Shown here piece by piece: positions 36,620 through 52,023 of a DNA stretch of 64,000 bases. The notes beneath the pieces were generated by a model. It did not search any database. It was not told the DNA's origin and worked only from the letters and a program-made list of their open reading frames with translations. Numbering within the stretch: the stretch's first letter is position 1; each line of letters opens with the position of its first letter. The DNA is from Eledone cirrhosa (taxonomy: Eukaryota), in the NCBI GenBank assembly GCA_964016885.1, contig OZ024742.1, positions 9,114,001 to 9,178,000 on the forward strand, read 5' to 3'. Position numbers and translations under genes: made by a program.

Positions 36620-36835
36620 AGAGGTAGATTGGCAGAATCAGTAGAGCGGTGGTCAGCGTGCTTTGTGGCGTAGAGTTACGGTCCTTCGCGTTCCGAGTTA
36701 CAATCCCGCCGAGGTATGCTTTGCCTTTCATCCATACGGGGTCGATAAAATAAAGTACCAGTAATGTACTGTGGTTGATTTAATCGACTTCCCTCTCCCC
36801 AAAATTGCTGGCCTTGTGCCTAAATCAGGAACCAT
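36620..36835 (+). mobile_element. SINE copy
   Basis: Box A/B, body and tail. Confidence 0.85.
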
Positions 36836-36891
36836 TATACATAAACATATCGCATATACTTTCATATACACGCACATGATGAAGTAAGGAA

Positions 36892-36999
<108 letters not shown>

Positions 37000-37430
37000 T
37001 ATATATATTTATATACAGGTGTACATGTTTTCGTGTCTAAATCCATATTAATATGTGATTTCTCATGTTTACTCCGTTTACAATTCCTCCTTTATAAATG
37101 CGGGCCATTTAATATTCTTCTTATGGTAAACCATTAAATATTAATGCGTAAGGTATTCATAAAGACAACGTATATTAGAATCTGAAAGAAAGGAAGCAGA
37201 AGATATCCTAGCTCTGATAAGCTAACCTATTGAAGTAGGTCAGTGATATATTATATCCCGTTGTGATGTTAGTGTTGAGTAAATATAAAGATAATTATTA
37301 CATAATTTACACGATAGTTACACACAATGCCTGTTTCTTGGTGTGTAATAAGTAACTCGTTATTACTTCGACTTTGACTCGAAGGTCGTCAATCTGTAGA
37401 AAATATAGGTAGGACTCAGAAATGTTCAGC

Positions 37431-37503
<73 letters not shown>

Positions 37504-37504
37504 G

Positions 37505-37589
<85 letters not shown>

Positions 37590-37596
<7 letters not shown>

Positions 37597-37763
37597 TACA
37601 TGAATCAAAGTTCTGTTCAAATCATTTATTCGCTTACCATTGTTTACATTACATGAAAAACAATCATTGAAAAATTGCCCCGAAGACTCCAAACCTCGGT
37701 TTGGAAGAAACAATTGTAAGCGAATAAATGATTTGAACAGAACTTTGATTCATGTAATTTCTA
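37590..37763 (+). mobile_element. Fold-back with hammerhead-like motif
   Basis: Arms 37590-37653 and ~37706-37763; CCGAAGA-CTCCAAACCTCGGTTTGGAA-GAAACAATTGTA|AGC. Confidence 0.6.
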
Positions 37764-37922
37764 TATAACTGCTCTGTAGAACAACTGATGTTATTACATT
37801 GAGCTATTTATCTTACTGGTAATAAGGTAGTAATATATTACTGCCTATCACTAGTTAGGGTTTAACATATATATAACTACAAAAGGTTTTAGTATATACA
37901 TAACCATAAATAGTATCCTTAA

Positions 37923-37985
<63 letters not shown>

Positions 37986-38065
37986 TATTAAAGAAAAATA
38001 GATGAAATCGAAAATGCAACTGGAGTCTTATTTTAAAAAAAAATATATATATATTTATTTGGTTC

Positions 38066-38101
38066 CTTTACCGGTTTCGCAGTTCTTCTGCTTTTCAAAA
38101 G
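38066..38101 (-). ncRNA. Minimal hammerhead with U3-A8 variant core
   Basis: rc CTT-TTGAAAA-GCAG AAGAA CTGC-GAAA-CCGG-TA|AAG, inside the inverted repeat 37988-38026 / 38105-38142. Confidence 0.6.
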
Positions 38102-38589
38102 TAGACTCCAGTTGCATTTTCGATTTCATCTTTTTTTCTTTATAAATTCACTCGTGTAGGAGACCACGGTTATTTTTCATTTTGTAAAAAGAACCTCACT
38201 TTCTAATATATATATATATGTGTGTGTGTGGGTGTGTGTATATTGGACTGAACATTTCTGAGTCCTATCTTTATTTTCTACAGATTGACGATCTTCGAGT
38301 CAAAGTCGAAGTAATAACGAGTTACTTATTACACAAGAAACAGGCATTGTGTGTAACTATCGTGTAAATTATGTAATAATTATCTTTATATTTACTCAAC
38401 ACTAACATCACAACGGCATATAATATATCACTGACCTACTTCAATAGGTTAGCTTATCAGAGCTAGGATATCTTCTGCTTCCTTTCTTTCAGATTCTAAT
38501 ATACGTTGTCTTTATGAATACCTTACGCATTAATATTTAATGGTTTACCATAAGAAGAATATATTTATATATTTATATATATATATATT

Positions 38590-38793
<204 letters not shown>

Positions 38794-38799
38794 TAATAA

Positions 38800-40445
38800 T
38801 AATGAAAATATTGTGTACAGTGCTCAGATGCACTACAACTCATCAAAAGTGTATGTATAGTACACAAGGTAATGTACAAACGTCAGGAAAATGAACAGTG
38901 CATGAGTCATTATATAAACATGTGTGCATGTGTATGGAAGTGAGACATCAGGTGTAGTTTTGGCGAATTTCGGGAGCATGAGGGTTTTAAAGGATGCAGT
39001 GTCTCGGCAGCTAACAACTGACGCAGGCAGTTTGTTCCATGCTTCAGCAACTCTAAGCGTGAAAAAATGTTTCCGAAACTCATGGGAGCTGTGCTGTTTT
39101 CTGACTTTGTAGGCATGTCCACATGTGTTAGACACATGGAGATCAAAATGTTGCTCAGGGTTGTTGATGGCGAGATGGTTAATAACTTTGTGGGTGTTTA
39201 CCAAGTCCATTGCCAGACGTCGGAGCTTCAATGAGTCTATGCCCAGGGGGGCAAGGCGTTCAACGTATTTGTAGGTGTCTGATGGAGGGATGCGCTTGGT
39301 TGCACGTCTCTGAACAGTTTCCAGGAGGTCAATGTTCTGAGCAAGATAGGGGTTCCAGACTGATGATGCGAATTCCAAGTATGGTCGTACCATAGCTGTA
39401 TACAGATTTAAATAGATGGCTGGAGAACGGCTAACGAAGGTCTTGCTGAGTGATGCCAAGACACCCTGGGCCTTCTTGACAATTTTAGTGATGTGCTTTG
39501 TCCAACGCAAATCGCTGCTGACAGTAATGCCCAGGTCACGTTCACAAGAGGACTTCTTGATATCAGTGTTGAGGAGGGAGTATGTGGACGCTGGATTATT
39601 CCTCCAAAAATGCATGGTTGTACACTTGTTCACAGCCAGCTTCAGTTGCCAGTCTGTGATCCATCGCTGCATTGTGTCCAGGTCTGATTGTGGGAAAGAG
39701 TTATAGATTTGAGGATCTGTCATTTTGATTTCAAGATACAGCTTGATGTCATCTGCATATTTCAGTACCGTGGTATTCTTTAAGTTGGTATCTATGTCAT
39801 TAATATATGCAACAAACAAAAAGGGACCAAGACAGATCCATGTGGTACACCAGATGACATCTCATATGGTGAAGAATGCTGTCCTAGAACCGTGACTACC
39901 TCTTTTCGGCTGGGAATGAAGGATTTCAACCAGTTCAAAAGATCATCCCTCACACCCATTGCAGAGAGTTTTGCCATAAGTCTTTTGTGTGGCACAGAAT
40001 TAAAAGCCTTAGCGAAGTCAAGGTAAACAACATCCACCCATGAGCCGCTGTCAGTGATCCGGGTAATGTCTTCAACGAACTCGATAAGCTGATCACAGCA
40101 GCTGGAGTTAGGGATAAATCCAAATTGCGAGGGCCGGATGAGGCTGTGAGAGCTCCAGAAGTTCCAAAGTGTTTCTCTGACACAGAATTCCTCAGTTTGG
40201 CAATACAGCTAGTAAGACTGACTGGACGATAGTTGACAGGTGACGTGCGGTCGCCCTTTTTGAACAGGGGAATGACACTGGCAGTTTCTACTGCTCCGGA
40301 GTAGCACCATTGTTGAGACGGTTTTGAAAGAAGAAAAAAAGCTGGTGCAAAAGGAAGTACCCGCCACGTTTGAGAAGCAGGTATGTAACACCATCAAGAC
40401 CAGGTGAGGCATAGCTGCGCTTATTCTTAAGGTGACGTCGCAGCA
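38800..40445 (-). mobile_element. CR1-clade LINE 3' part (RT), frameshifted
   Basis: DVVYLDFAKAFNSVPH, SGVPHGSVL, YADDIKLY, ERDLGI, VRPYLEFASSVWNPY, VQRRATK, FFTLRVAEAWNKLP. Confidence 0.9.
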
Positions 40446-40474
40446 TATATTTATACACACACACTCACACACAA

Positions 40475-40526
<52 letters not shown>

Positions 40527-40565
40527 GCAGACACACACACACACATGTGTATATATATATATATA

Positions 40566-40749
40566 ACGAACGGAGTGTAGTAAGGAACCAGGTGGACCAT
40601 AACGCACCAGAGTACTCGCTCGATACTTTGGGTAGTAGAGTTGGTAATAGGAAAATATTCAGGACCCCGACGGCAGAGCTCAAGCAGTTTCGACGGCTAT
40701 TTCTGGACTCCAGAAAAAGCCGTCGAAACGGCTTGAGCTCTGCCGTCGT
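40566..40749. mobile_element. pLTR-like fragment ending in an ~80-bp hairpin made of two opposed hammerhead 3' halves
   Basis: CGACGGCAGAGCTCAAGCAGTTTCGACGGC..GCCGTCGAAACGGCTTGAGCTCTGCCGTCG. Confidence 0.6.
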
Positions 40750-41619
40750 TTCCGACAATCGCTACAGACAGACGAATGCAAGAACATTCTCCAACCCAAG
40801 TTAACAAGGAATCTCTAAAATTCTTCCCACCGAAGTTAAAAAAGAACTTACTGTATCTACCAACTCATAGAGAGAGAGAGTGGGAGAGAGAGATTGAACT
40901 CAATATAAATATGCATACAGAAGGACAGTAAACACAACCTGATTCATAGCAAATATGGTTTGTTGTACTGTGTTGTATTTAAAGTAAATATATTTTAAAC
41001 AAAGTAGATACTGAGCAGATGTCTCGAATTTTAAGGACTGGGAATATAGGGTTAATATAGAGAATGATGTATTGATGTGAAGAAATGCTAGACAATCAGA
41101 ATCAGATTTATACCTTGGGGTACCCGCGGCACTTCGGGTTTGGGGTTCATCTCATACATAAAATATAAGAATAGAAAGCAAATCCCAAGTTTTACATATC
41201 AAATTCCGCTTGGCGAAAGTAATTGAAATTGAAACATAATACATACAGGTATTCAATTAAAAATCTCTAGCCATCCGAAAATTAAGAAGCCCAGCTCAGG
41301 GCACAAATAAATTGCTACAGCCGTTGCTGGTGGGGCCCACCACAACAGAGAAGCAAGGGGAATTTTCACCCTTGCCCCCATTATATCAGGCCCTGTAGAA
41401 AAAAGCTTAGAAAATAAGTTGAACAAACTTGAAATAGGGAAAAAGAAGTTATCATTAGCCGCTATAAAAAATTGAACCCATAATACCTAGATACCGGACT
41501 GGTGCTTTAAGTTAAGACAACACGACTCTTTACCGCCTTTTAAAAATATATTTTAGTTTGAGCGTAAATGTACAATCTTTGTGCACGGAATATCAAACGA
41601 GGTTATCCTATCCCCCCAC

Positions 41620-41673
<54 letters not shown>

Positions 41674-42037
41674 TATAGGAAGATGGTCAAGACCCCGACG
41701 TTATATATATATATACATTATTTCTGAAGACAGCATATATATGTGTAGGTATGTATATTCCCTCTGATAGTTTGTAAATTTTTTTACATATATCTATATG
41801 ATATACATACCAATACAAACATATATATCCTAGAAACGATCGTAAAATGATGAATTTTTTAATATAAGAAGCTGTTTCTTTGTTTTTATTCATTATTTTT
41901 ATTAATTTATCTTGACTGTTTTCCTGTATTTTTCATCGGAAAAAAAATGTTTGAATACATCTTCTCTTTTCATGATATTCGGATTACATTGAGTTCTTCA
42001 TACGGATTGGACACTACCGTACATTTTGGTAGATTTA

Positions 42038-42188
<151 letters not shown>

Positions 42189-42830
42189 TTGTGTATGATT
42201 GCATAAAATACATATTCGTAATATTATTTATCAGTCCTATATGCATAGAGCTCACGAGAGTATTGAATATATACACATGCTTACATGTATGTAAGGTTAT
42301 ATAAGAGTAAATCAAACAGCCACATAAACACACATACATACATATATACATATACTTACATACTTACATACATTCATATATATATATATATACATATATA
42401 CACATACGTATGCATACACACATACACATATAAATACTTATACACATACACACATACTCACATACATACATATACATGAATACATACACACATTCATACA
42501 TCCATACATGCATACGTATATACACATATATACATATATATACACATATATACACATATATACATATATATACACATATATACACATATATACACATATA
42601 TACATATATATATACACATATATACATATATGCATTCATACATGCATACATATATACACATATATATGCATACACACATACACACATACATATACGCATA
42701 CACACATACACATACATATATACATACATATAATAGAAGCAGTCACTAAAATAAGTCATTCATTGTGAAATATATCAACAGTAAGCCATCGAATCCCGAC
42801 ATATACTTAATCTTTAGAATCCACTGAGGA

Positions 42831-42866
<36 letters not shown>

Positions 42867-42875
42867 GTATATATA

Positions 42876-42906
<31 letters not shown>

Positions 42907-42911
42907 ATATG

Positions 42912-43011
<100 letters not shown>

Positions 43012-43202
43012 ATATGTATATATATATATATATATTTACACAGACACATATATATATGCATATATGTGTATGTATATTTATTTTGTGTTAAATCTTTCTC
43101 TCCCGCTCTCTCTCCCTCTCTCTCTCAATTTCTCTCTCTCCCTCTCTCTCTCTCTGCGCACACACACACACAGACACACACACACATATATATATATATA
43201 TA

Positions 43203-43680
43203 AGTCAAGAAAGAAGAGTGACACGGTTTGCTATACAAAAAAGGTTTTTAATCTCATTGCTGACAATTGTTTCCTCTGAACAGGTAGGTCTAGAGATCGC
43301 TACCCGCTTGTTTTCACGTTATTCGATCACCAATACAAAGTTATATATATACATATATATATATGTATATATATGTATATAATATATATACATAATATCG
43401 CAGGTAGCGATCTGTAGACCTACCAGTTCAGAGAAACAATTGTCAGCAATGAGATTACAAACCTTTTTTGTATAGCAAACCGTGTCACTCTTCTTTCCTG
43501 ATTTATCATTACTCCAAGTGTTTACAACATAGGAATTACAGCGTACTCGCAACATCACTATGGAAACGCCTTGTTGAGTCAAACTTAGCCAAGCGTTGAT
43601 ATCATCTACTACCCGGAGTACCATAACTGGACTACACTTAAGTGGACTGCATTTAACTATTATTTGTTACCCCTTATATT
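43203..43680. mobile_element. Fold-back pLTR remnant (family E) with hammerhead 3' halves GAAACAATTGTC|AGC
   Basis: Arms ~43205-43307 and ~43399-43502; homologous to 54680-54845. Confidence 0.65.
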
Positions 43681-43905
43681 TATATATAGTAATAATAAAT
43701 AAATTTGAAGACTAAAATCCAAAGAGGGCTCGATAAGCATGAATGTATATCAAATATATAAGAACCGTAGAGCAAATATTTATTAAAATAACAGATTAAA
43801 GTTTAAGCATCGCTGCTTTTAAGAATCGGTGCTTTCACCCTTAACGGGATCTTCTGAAACTAAAAAAATCAATCTGTGAACGCAGAAGTATATTGTTTCT
43901 GCATC

Positions 43906-43993
<88 letters not shown>

Positions 43994-44009
43994 TGTATGT
44001 GTGTGTATG

Positions 44010-44390
44010 TACACTGATCAAGAAACTCACTTAGATGGTGGTTGGGTGCTACACGAGAATGCAGAGGATGGCTCTGAACATTAATCAGTATACACTGAGA
44101 AAAACTCAGAGCTGTATGGGAGCCTCCCAAAAGTCAGCTCGAAAGTGACACAGAGGAGACTGAGGTTAGCTGGACATGCTCACCGGCATCCAGAGTTGAC
44201 ATTGCACTCAGTGCTCCTGTGTGATCGCCTCCATGGAAACACTGGAAGAGGAAGACCAAAGTTAACGTATGTTGATGCCCTAAGGACAGACACTGGTCTG
44301 TTGGAGACGCAGGACATGGCAGTGATAATGAGGGACAGAGACCGCTGGAGAGAACTCATCCATGGATCTCGGGAATTTTACCCGCCCTAG
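44010..44390 (+). mobile_element. RTE-clade LINE 3' end
   Basis: [31 protein letters not shown]; same family as 57307-58346. Confidence 0.85.
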
Positions 44391-44621
<231 letters not shown>

Positions 44622-44862
44622 ATACTTAAAATGTTCATGCATGCACTATATATAGATATGTGTGTGCATATATATATATGAATGTCTATTTGTATTTATG
44701 TATGTATGTATATATACTCACAGAGACATACACATTCGATCTCACCCACACAATCACATGTATAGATATGTGTATGTACATACTAAATATATATCACTTC
44801 TTTTTTCATTTGCAACACTATTCAGCCATGTATGTGTATGTATATCGATGTATATATATATA

Positions 44863-44955
<93 letters not shown>

Positions 44956-45458
44956 GCAATGTAGTAGTATTAAATTAATGCAAAAATAATCTACGACCTA
45001 ACTTCTGAACAATATTTACAGTAAGTATTTTAGGTCGCTGCAAATCCTTCACTGGTGCACTACACCTCAGATTAAAATCTACTTTAACGTCTGGCAACTG
45101 AACAACTGTCTATACTACACATGGTCATGCCTCTCGTTTTATATTATCTTACTCTATCTAAACATCTTCTCTATACCGTACACTGGTCACTTACACATAC
45201 TATTATATATATTTGTTGCAGTTTTTAGTCCATTTGTGTTATTGAAAGAGCAGACAATGCGCAGAGAAGCTGTCCACTTCTAAAAGACAACTTGTTATTA
45301 TTTTATTAGTGTGCTTATTAAAACGATTCCTCCGCCATGACTATCTGACAGTCTGCTTAGATCGCAGTCACAGACTTTCTTTCCCTCCAAATTACTTATC
45401 AAATATATATATAGCTGTCTTCCTCTACGATATCTCTGAAACTTTGGCGTGCATATAT

Positions 45459-45554
<96 letters not shown>

Positions 45555-45557
<3 letters not shown>

Positions 45558-46598
45558 TATGAAACGAAAGGAGCTGTGTGGTTACTAAAAACAAGGTTTA
45601 GGATGGTGGTTAGGACGGAACAGGAGGAGAAAGGAAGAAAGGGGTTTCCATCGTCAGCTGTAAATGTTTCCCAAACCGATGTTTCGGCAGGATAACGGTG
45701 TAGTTCGGGTGCGCCCGAGGCCTTTTATTAATCAAAAGGCGAAGTGGAAAAGAGAGAGAAAGAGAGAAAAAAGGAGGAGAAAAAAGGAGAGAGAAAAGGA
45801 AAGAGAGGGAAAGGTGGAAGAACAGGGGAGGGGGAAGATGAGGAAAGAGGGAGAAGGGGAAAATAGGAAAGGAATAGAAGATATATATATACATGCCTGT
45901 GTGTAGGGGTGATGGTGGGGGTGAGGGTGTGTGGGTGTATATATATATAAAAAATCAGGTTCCCACCGGCTGAGCTCCAGCCGTTTCGACAGCTAGATCG
46001 AATACTCCGGTAAGTAATGGTCTAGCTGGCTTTTACCACATCCAATCTGATATATACACACACATATATACATATATATATATATATTAAATTACAAGAA
46101 ACGAAGCAGACTGTGTGGTTACTGTAAACAAAGTTTAGAGAAGAGTCCCTTCATCAGCTGTTAACTGCAGATAAGAGATGTTTCGGCGCTTAAAACAGGA
46201 CATCGAAATCGATCAGCAGCGCGCGCAGGGCCTTTTATCAATCAAAAGGCCCTGAGTGGAAGAAAAGATAAGATAGTGAAGAGAGATGAAGAAAGAGGAT
46301 AAAACGAAGTAAACAAACCGAATAGAGGGAGGGGCGACACAGGACAATGGCGCATGCAAGTGAGGAACTGAGGAGAAAATAGAAATAGTTACAACGAACC
46401 GATTAGACTTAAGTCCTGTGGTCAATATAACTGCGGACCGTGGTTTTTCCGTGTGATCTCAGCAAAGTGAGTAGAAAGAGGGAGGAGGGGGGAGGGAGAG
46501 AGAAATGGGGAGAAACCGGAAGTGAGAGAGAGAAGGGAAACGGAGATAATCGAAAAGGGGGTTATATGTGTAAGACCAGGTTGAAAACGACCAGATGG

Positions 46599-46632
<34 letters not shown>

Positions 46633-46830
46633 GGAGAGGAGAGAAAAAGAGAGAGAGAAGAGGAAGAGAGGGAAGAAGAGAGTGGATATCAAAGCATGGT
46701 GGGACACCAAATCGAGCAAAACAGATAGAAGGGGGCTACAGCGGTAAATACAAATTTACAAGAAACGAAGCAGGCTGTGTAGTTACTGTAAAGAAAGTTT
46801 AAGATGGTAATATGGACGAAACAAGAGAAT
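45555..46830. repeat. Three diverged direct copies of an unidentified repeat end (~45555, ~46090, ~46755)
   Basis: Shared GAAACGAAG..CTGTGTGGTTACT..AAAGTTTA; the first two also share GATGTTTCGGC and the GGCCTTTTAT..ATCAAAAGGC hairpin. Confidence 0.55.
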
Positions 46831-47384
46831 TAACTATTAATGTTGTGCAGCTTACCAATGGGCTTAACTGGTCAGTCCGATTAGAAAATCATGATGTAAT
46901 AGTAAGAAAAGAATTCGAAGTCATGCAAATCATCTCTCGTAGATGTGGTATCTAGATATGGCTGTTGCAGGAACGTAGTTAATTATTTGAAAGACAACAG
47001 CAGACCGGACTCAAAATATTCTTTTAATGCTGCAAAATCACATTTCTTATAGTTATATCATCAGTTATATCATCATGAACTAAGACTTTGGCAATATCGT
47101 CAGGTGTCGATTGCAAAGATTAGGTAAACGATAAGAGGATTACGACAAACGCAAACAGAGAATAATGAACAGACTTGATTCGGAGACTGGAATAGACTTG
47201 ATTCAGAGACGGCCCGCCAATTCAGTGTTATTCTTGCAATGAACCATCTCCACATTCGATCTGAATTTACTTTCGTTCGCTTACACGACACCCATTACCA
47301 ATTGTTTTTCTAATTCTACTCATTTCTCTCCCTCACTCTGCCTCGTTATGAAAGTCGATTGAGCAGACAGGTATATATATATAA

Positions 47385-47595
47385 TTATTTCTGCTTTTTG
47401 GCACAAGGCTCGCAAACTGAAGGGAAGGGGACAGTTGATTAAATCGACCTCAGTGCATTACTGGTACTTTATTTTATCAACCCCTGTAAGGATGAAACGC
47501 AAAGAAAACCGCGGCAGGATTTGAACACAGAAGGTAAAGGCACGTGACCCTATGCCGCAATACATTTTGTCCGACGCTCTACCGATACTGCCAAA
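47385..47595 (-). mobile_element. SINE copy
   Basis: rc of TGGCAGTATCGGTAGAGCGTCGGAC..GTTCAAATCC..GATAAAATAAAGTACCAG. Confidence 0.85.
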
Positions 47596-48209
47596 TATAA
47601 TAAAATGTTTTCTGAACGTGAGCATCCGAGTATTTTTTTATTTAAATGTAGCCTATTCCGAGAGAATTTAAGAGTATATCTATAAAATTATCCATTCTAT
47701 ATCGAAATCACCTGATCTAATAGTTAGGGAGTTCGATTCGCGAACATAAGGTGGTTGTTTTCCATACCTTAATGGTAAGGCATGTTTTATTCTCGAGCAA
47801 AATACATTACTTGATGCTGCTCCATCTCACAGGAATTGTAACCATCAGAATTTATCAGTGACAATATCTGATGATTTATCAGCAATGAGCAGACCAATAA
47901 AAAGAACATTTTCTTGGTCGGATTTAACGATTGGGAAAGAAAGATATAGAAAAGTTTACATGTGATTAATGGGAAATATTGGTGCTATTGTTAGCAGTCT
48001 AGAAACTAAAGTATAGGCTTCCTAAATGTCTCCAGAATCCAATTTGGTTAATCTTGACACTAATTCATAATTTCGTTTTTCAGACTATACACCACTTAAT
48101 AGTGATGTATCAAACATTTATCTGAGTAACATAATCAGTTATTTCTGAATTATGAGTTTGACTTCCATGTATTTTACGACTATTGATTGAATGCTAAAAA
48201 ATCGTGGTT

Positions 48210-48393
<184 letters not shown>

Positions 48394-48495
48394 GAGAGAC
48401 AGAGAGAGAGAGAGATGAAAGAGAGAGACAGTCGCCCTCAAATACTCGCACACTTGCTGACTCACCCATACACTCACTCTTATATATATATATAT

Positions 48496-51400
48496 ATTAA
48501 AATATAAGTATTAATAAAATAGATGTTCTTTTGATCAATTACATTTTATTATACATATTTCGGATGTACAACAGTACGTCCTCGTCAGACAAAATATAAT
48601 GATACATGACATACCCTGAGATGTTAAATGGTTAAGATTTAATCAAGGTAGTAATTAACCCGATAGAAAATTTTACTTTTATCCTATACTAGCAGTAAAG
48701 CCCGGCGTTGCTCGGGGTCGCTCAGTAGCTGTGTTAAAGTTACAATGTTAAGTTTCTTTCTTGGCTTAAAAACTGTAGTGTCTACTGTGCAGACTTGCAT
48801 GTGGTGTTTTTGATTAATATTCCCTCAACCAGCAATATGCCTTATGAAGTTAAGAAAACATAACGATAACCCGAATGTTATAACAAAAGAGGATGCTGGG
48901 GATAGAAACTGCACTGGTTATTTATTAACAAAGATCGAAAATGTAAACACTGCAACGCAGAGAAAAACATTAGCGTAACCAAATTATCAGTTATGTCTGT
49001 CTGCACGCCTATATCACCTCTCTGCACGACTGTCTATCTGCACGCCTATATCACCTCTCTGCACGACTGTCTGTCTGCACGCCTATATCACCTCTCTGCA
49101 CGACTGTCTGTCTGCACGCGTATATCACCTCTCTGCACGACTGTCTGTCTGCACGACTGTCTGTTTGCACGCCTAACGACGAAATATTTGCTTGTTTTAC
49201 GTAGTCTTTAAATAGACTTGTTTTCAAGTAAAAATATTGTTTTAAAATGCTTTTAAATGGAAATGAAGCAAAACGGAAGCTTAGTGTTCGAACTGATGAA
49301 TTTTGCAGGTCAATATTTTGCTGGCTCGACAACTGTTAAAGCCAGCGTAATTTTTTACGTAAGACGCTCAATGTAAACAGAACAAAGGGAAATAACTGAT
49401 AACTTACGCTCAAAAATCGATACATTATATTCGATTTCGTCATATAGGGTGGGTCAATTTGAAATTTTTTTTTCCGATGTCTTCGCTAGGGCTCAATGTA
49501 CAAGTATAGCAATTTCGGTGCAATTCCGTGAGAGATTCTAAGAGGAGATGTGTGCCAAAAATCGATAGACAGACAGACAACCACAGTTTTATATATATAG
49601 ATATGAGAAAATGCGAAAACGTAATAAATTCATTAGAGAATGTGTGAGTAATAAAAAACGTTGCATACTGTAACTGTTCTAAAATTTTAAAGTGTATGAT
49701 ACTACGATATATCTAGGAAAACGTTTCATGAATCATAACAGCCAGTGATAGCCACTGGAAAAAGATTTATAAAGAGGGAAAAATAAAGTGTGTGTGGGGG
49801 GGGGGGGGGGGCGAAAGTTAAACGTTTAGATTTGAAAATATTTAATTTATAATATTAGGGTGAAGACTCCAGATTTCAGGATTATTTGTTGGTTATTTAT
49901 ATATTATTTATATAAATTCGATAAGTGTGTTATAATTTCTAAACTTCTGAATTGTGAGATTAACATTTAAAGGATTTAGCTGGCACATAAAGAATGAAAT
50001 ATTATACTGTTGATTAATCACCTAAATTTAAACTTTAACAAATATACCAACATATTAGGTATGTAAAGCTTTTGAAGTACTTATTGTTATAAATATTTAA
50101 ATAACTATTATGTGTATAGGTATATATTAATGAGCCAGTATGTTTAAGGTAAATAATAACGACGAAGATAAAAATAAAATAAGATAATATATTGAAGGAT
50201 GTTAAGGATAAATATATAGATATGTATAAGTGGGTGTACATGCACTAATTTTCTTCAACCAAGATATCGACATATTATTACATATATGGGTGTATATATA
50301 TAGATATATATTAGGTAGTATTAGTGTGGTAAACTTTAGGTATATGATAACAGTTATACTCTTATCAACGTGTTACATTTAAATATATATATATATATAC
50401 ATATAAGAAAAACAAACAATGAGTGCATGGATAATACAGAGTTCAAAATAATGTCTATAATAATTTTTAGTTTGGATATTTTTTCTATATTTGAATCATA
50501 TATATAGAAATATGGTAGGTATATTTAAAAATATTTAAAAATATATAAAATATAATATATAACTACATATATATTATAATACATTATATTATGAATAAAT
50601 AAATAAATAAATAAGAGATCGAAAGTACAGCGAAAAATTCACATTTATATATGTTTGAATCCGTCTCAAAATTTAGATTTTATATTGCAGTAAGTATATT
50701 TAAAAGAAATATATGCTATATTATACTATAAAAAATAGATCAAAAACTCATTAAACATTTAGAGTTATAGATAAGTTTCATAAGAAATTATGGATTGGGT
50801 ATTAAACTAAAATTTAAAAGAGATCACGAATGTATTAAAAATTCACAGTTAAATAAATTCCATAAATATGTAAGGATTAGGTATTGTACTAAATTATAGA
50901 TATAAATAATGAGATAGAGAAATGATGGTATTGATCAAAGTTAACAAATAAAGTTGTGTGTATCAATGTTTAGGCATGTTAATTGAAATATTGTTATTCA
51001 TTCTAGCGTTGTTTCTTCTATAGATAGTTATAAAATAAAGCAATATTAAATGCCATTGATGTTTTTTACTGTTGATTATATATTCATGGTAACCGAGTTG
51101 TTATTGGTTCCTTTCTTTCTCGTTTTATGTGAGGCTAAAAAAGTGGACGTAGCTCTATGGAGGCAACTAGAGAATAATTCACTTATCGTCGTTATTATTT
51201 ACCTTAAACATACTGGCTCATTAATATACACATAATAGTTATTTAAATATTTATAACAATAAGTATTTCAAAAGCTTTGCATACCTAATATAATGGTGTA
51301 TTTGTTAAAGTTTAAACTTAGGTAAATAATCAACAGTATGATATTTCATTCTTTATTCGCCAGCTAAATCCTTTAAATGTTAATCTCACAATTCAGAAGT

Positions 51401-52023
51401 TTAGAAATTATAACACACTTATCGAATTTATATAAATAATATATAAATAACTAGCAAATAATCCTGAAATCTGGAGTCTTCACCCTAATATTATAAATTA
51501 AATATTTTCAAATCTAACCGTTTAACTTAAGACCCCCCCCCCCCCACACACACACACTTATTTTTCCCTCTTTATAAATCTTTTTCCATTGGCTATCATT
51601 GGCTGTTATGATTCATGAAACGTTTTCGTAGATATATCGTAGTATCATACACTTTAAAATTTTAGAACGGTTACAGTATGCAACGTATTTTACTCACACT
51701 TTCTCTAATGAATTTATTACGTTTTCGCATTTTCTCATAGATAGGATATAAGTAAAATTTTCTATCTGGTAATCACTACATTGATTAAATCTTAACCATT
51801 TAACATCTCAGGGTATGTCATATATCATTATATTTTGTCTGACGAGGACGTACTGTTGTACATCAGAGATATGTATAATAAAATGTAATTGATCAAAAGA
51901 ACATCTATTATATTAATACTTATATTTTAATATTAATAACTCCAGAAAATTATATTAACTGTTGAGTGCTTCCAATTTACTGTAAAACTCATTATTTGAC
52001 ATAATCATTGAATATTGTTTAAC

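Larger units (their letters stand above)
37112..38562. repeat. ~320-bp inverted repeat pair (37112-37436 / 38240-38562) enclosing microsatellites and two smaller fold-backs
   Basis: Arms are close reverse complements. Confidence 0.85.

Noticed and set aside
45640-46250. Permuted (type II) hammerhead GAAAC..CTGATGA on the minus strand, similar motif at ~29635-29670
   Set aside because: I could not build consistent stems I and II in the copies
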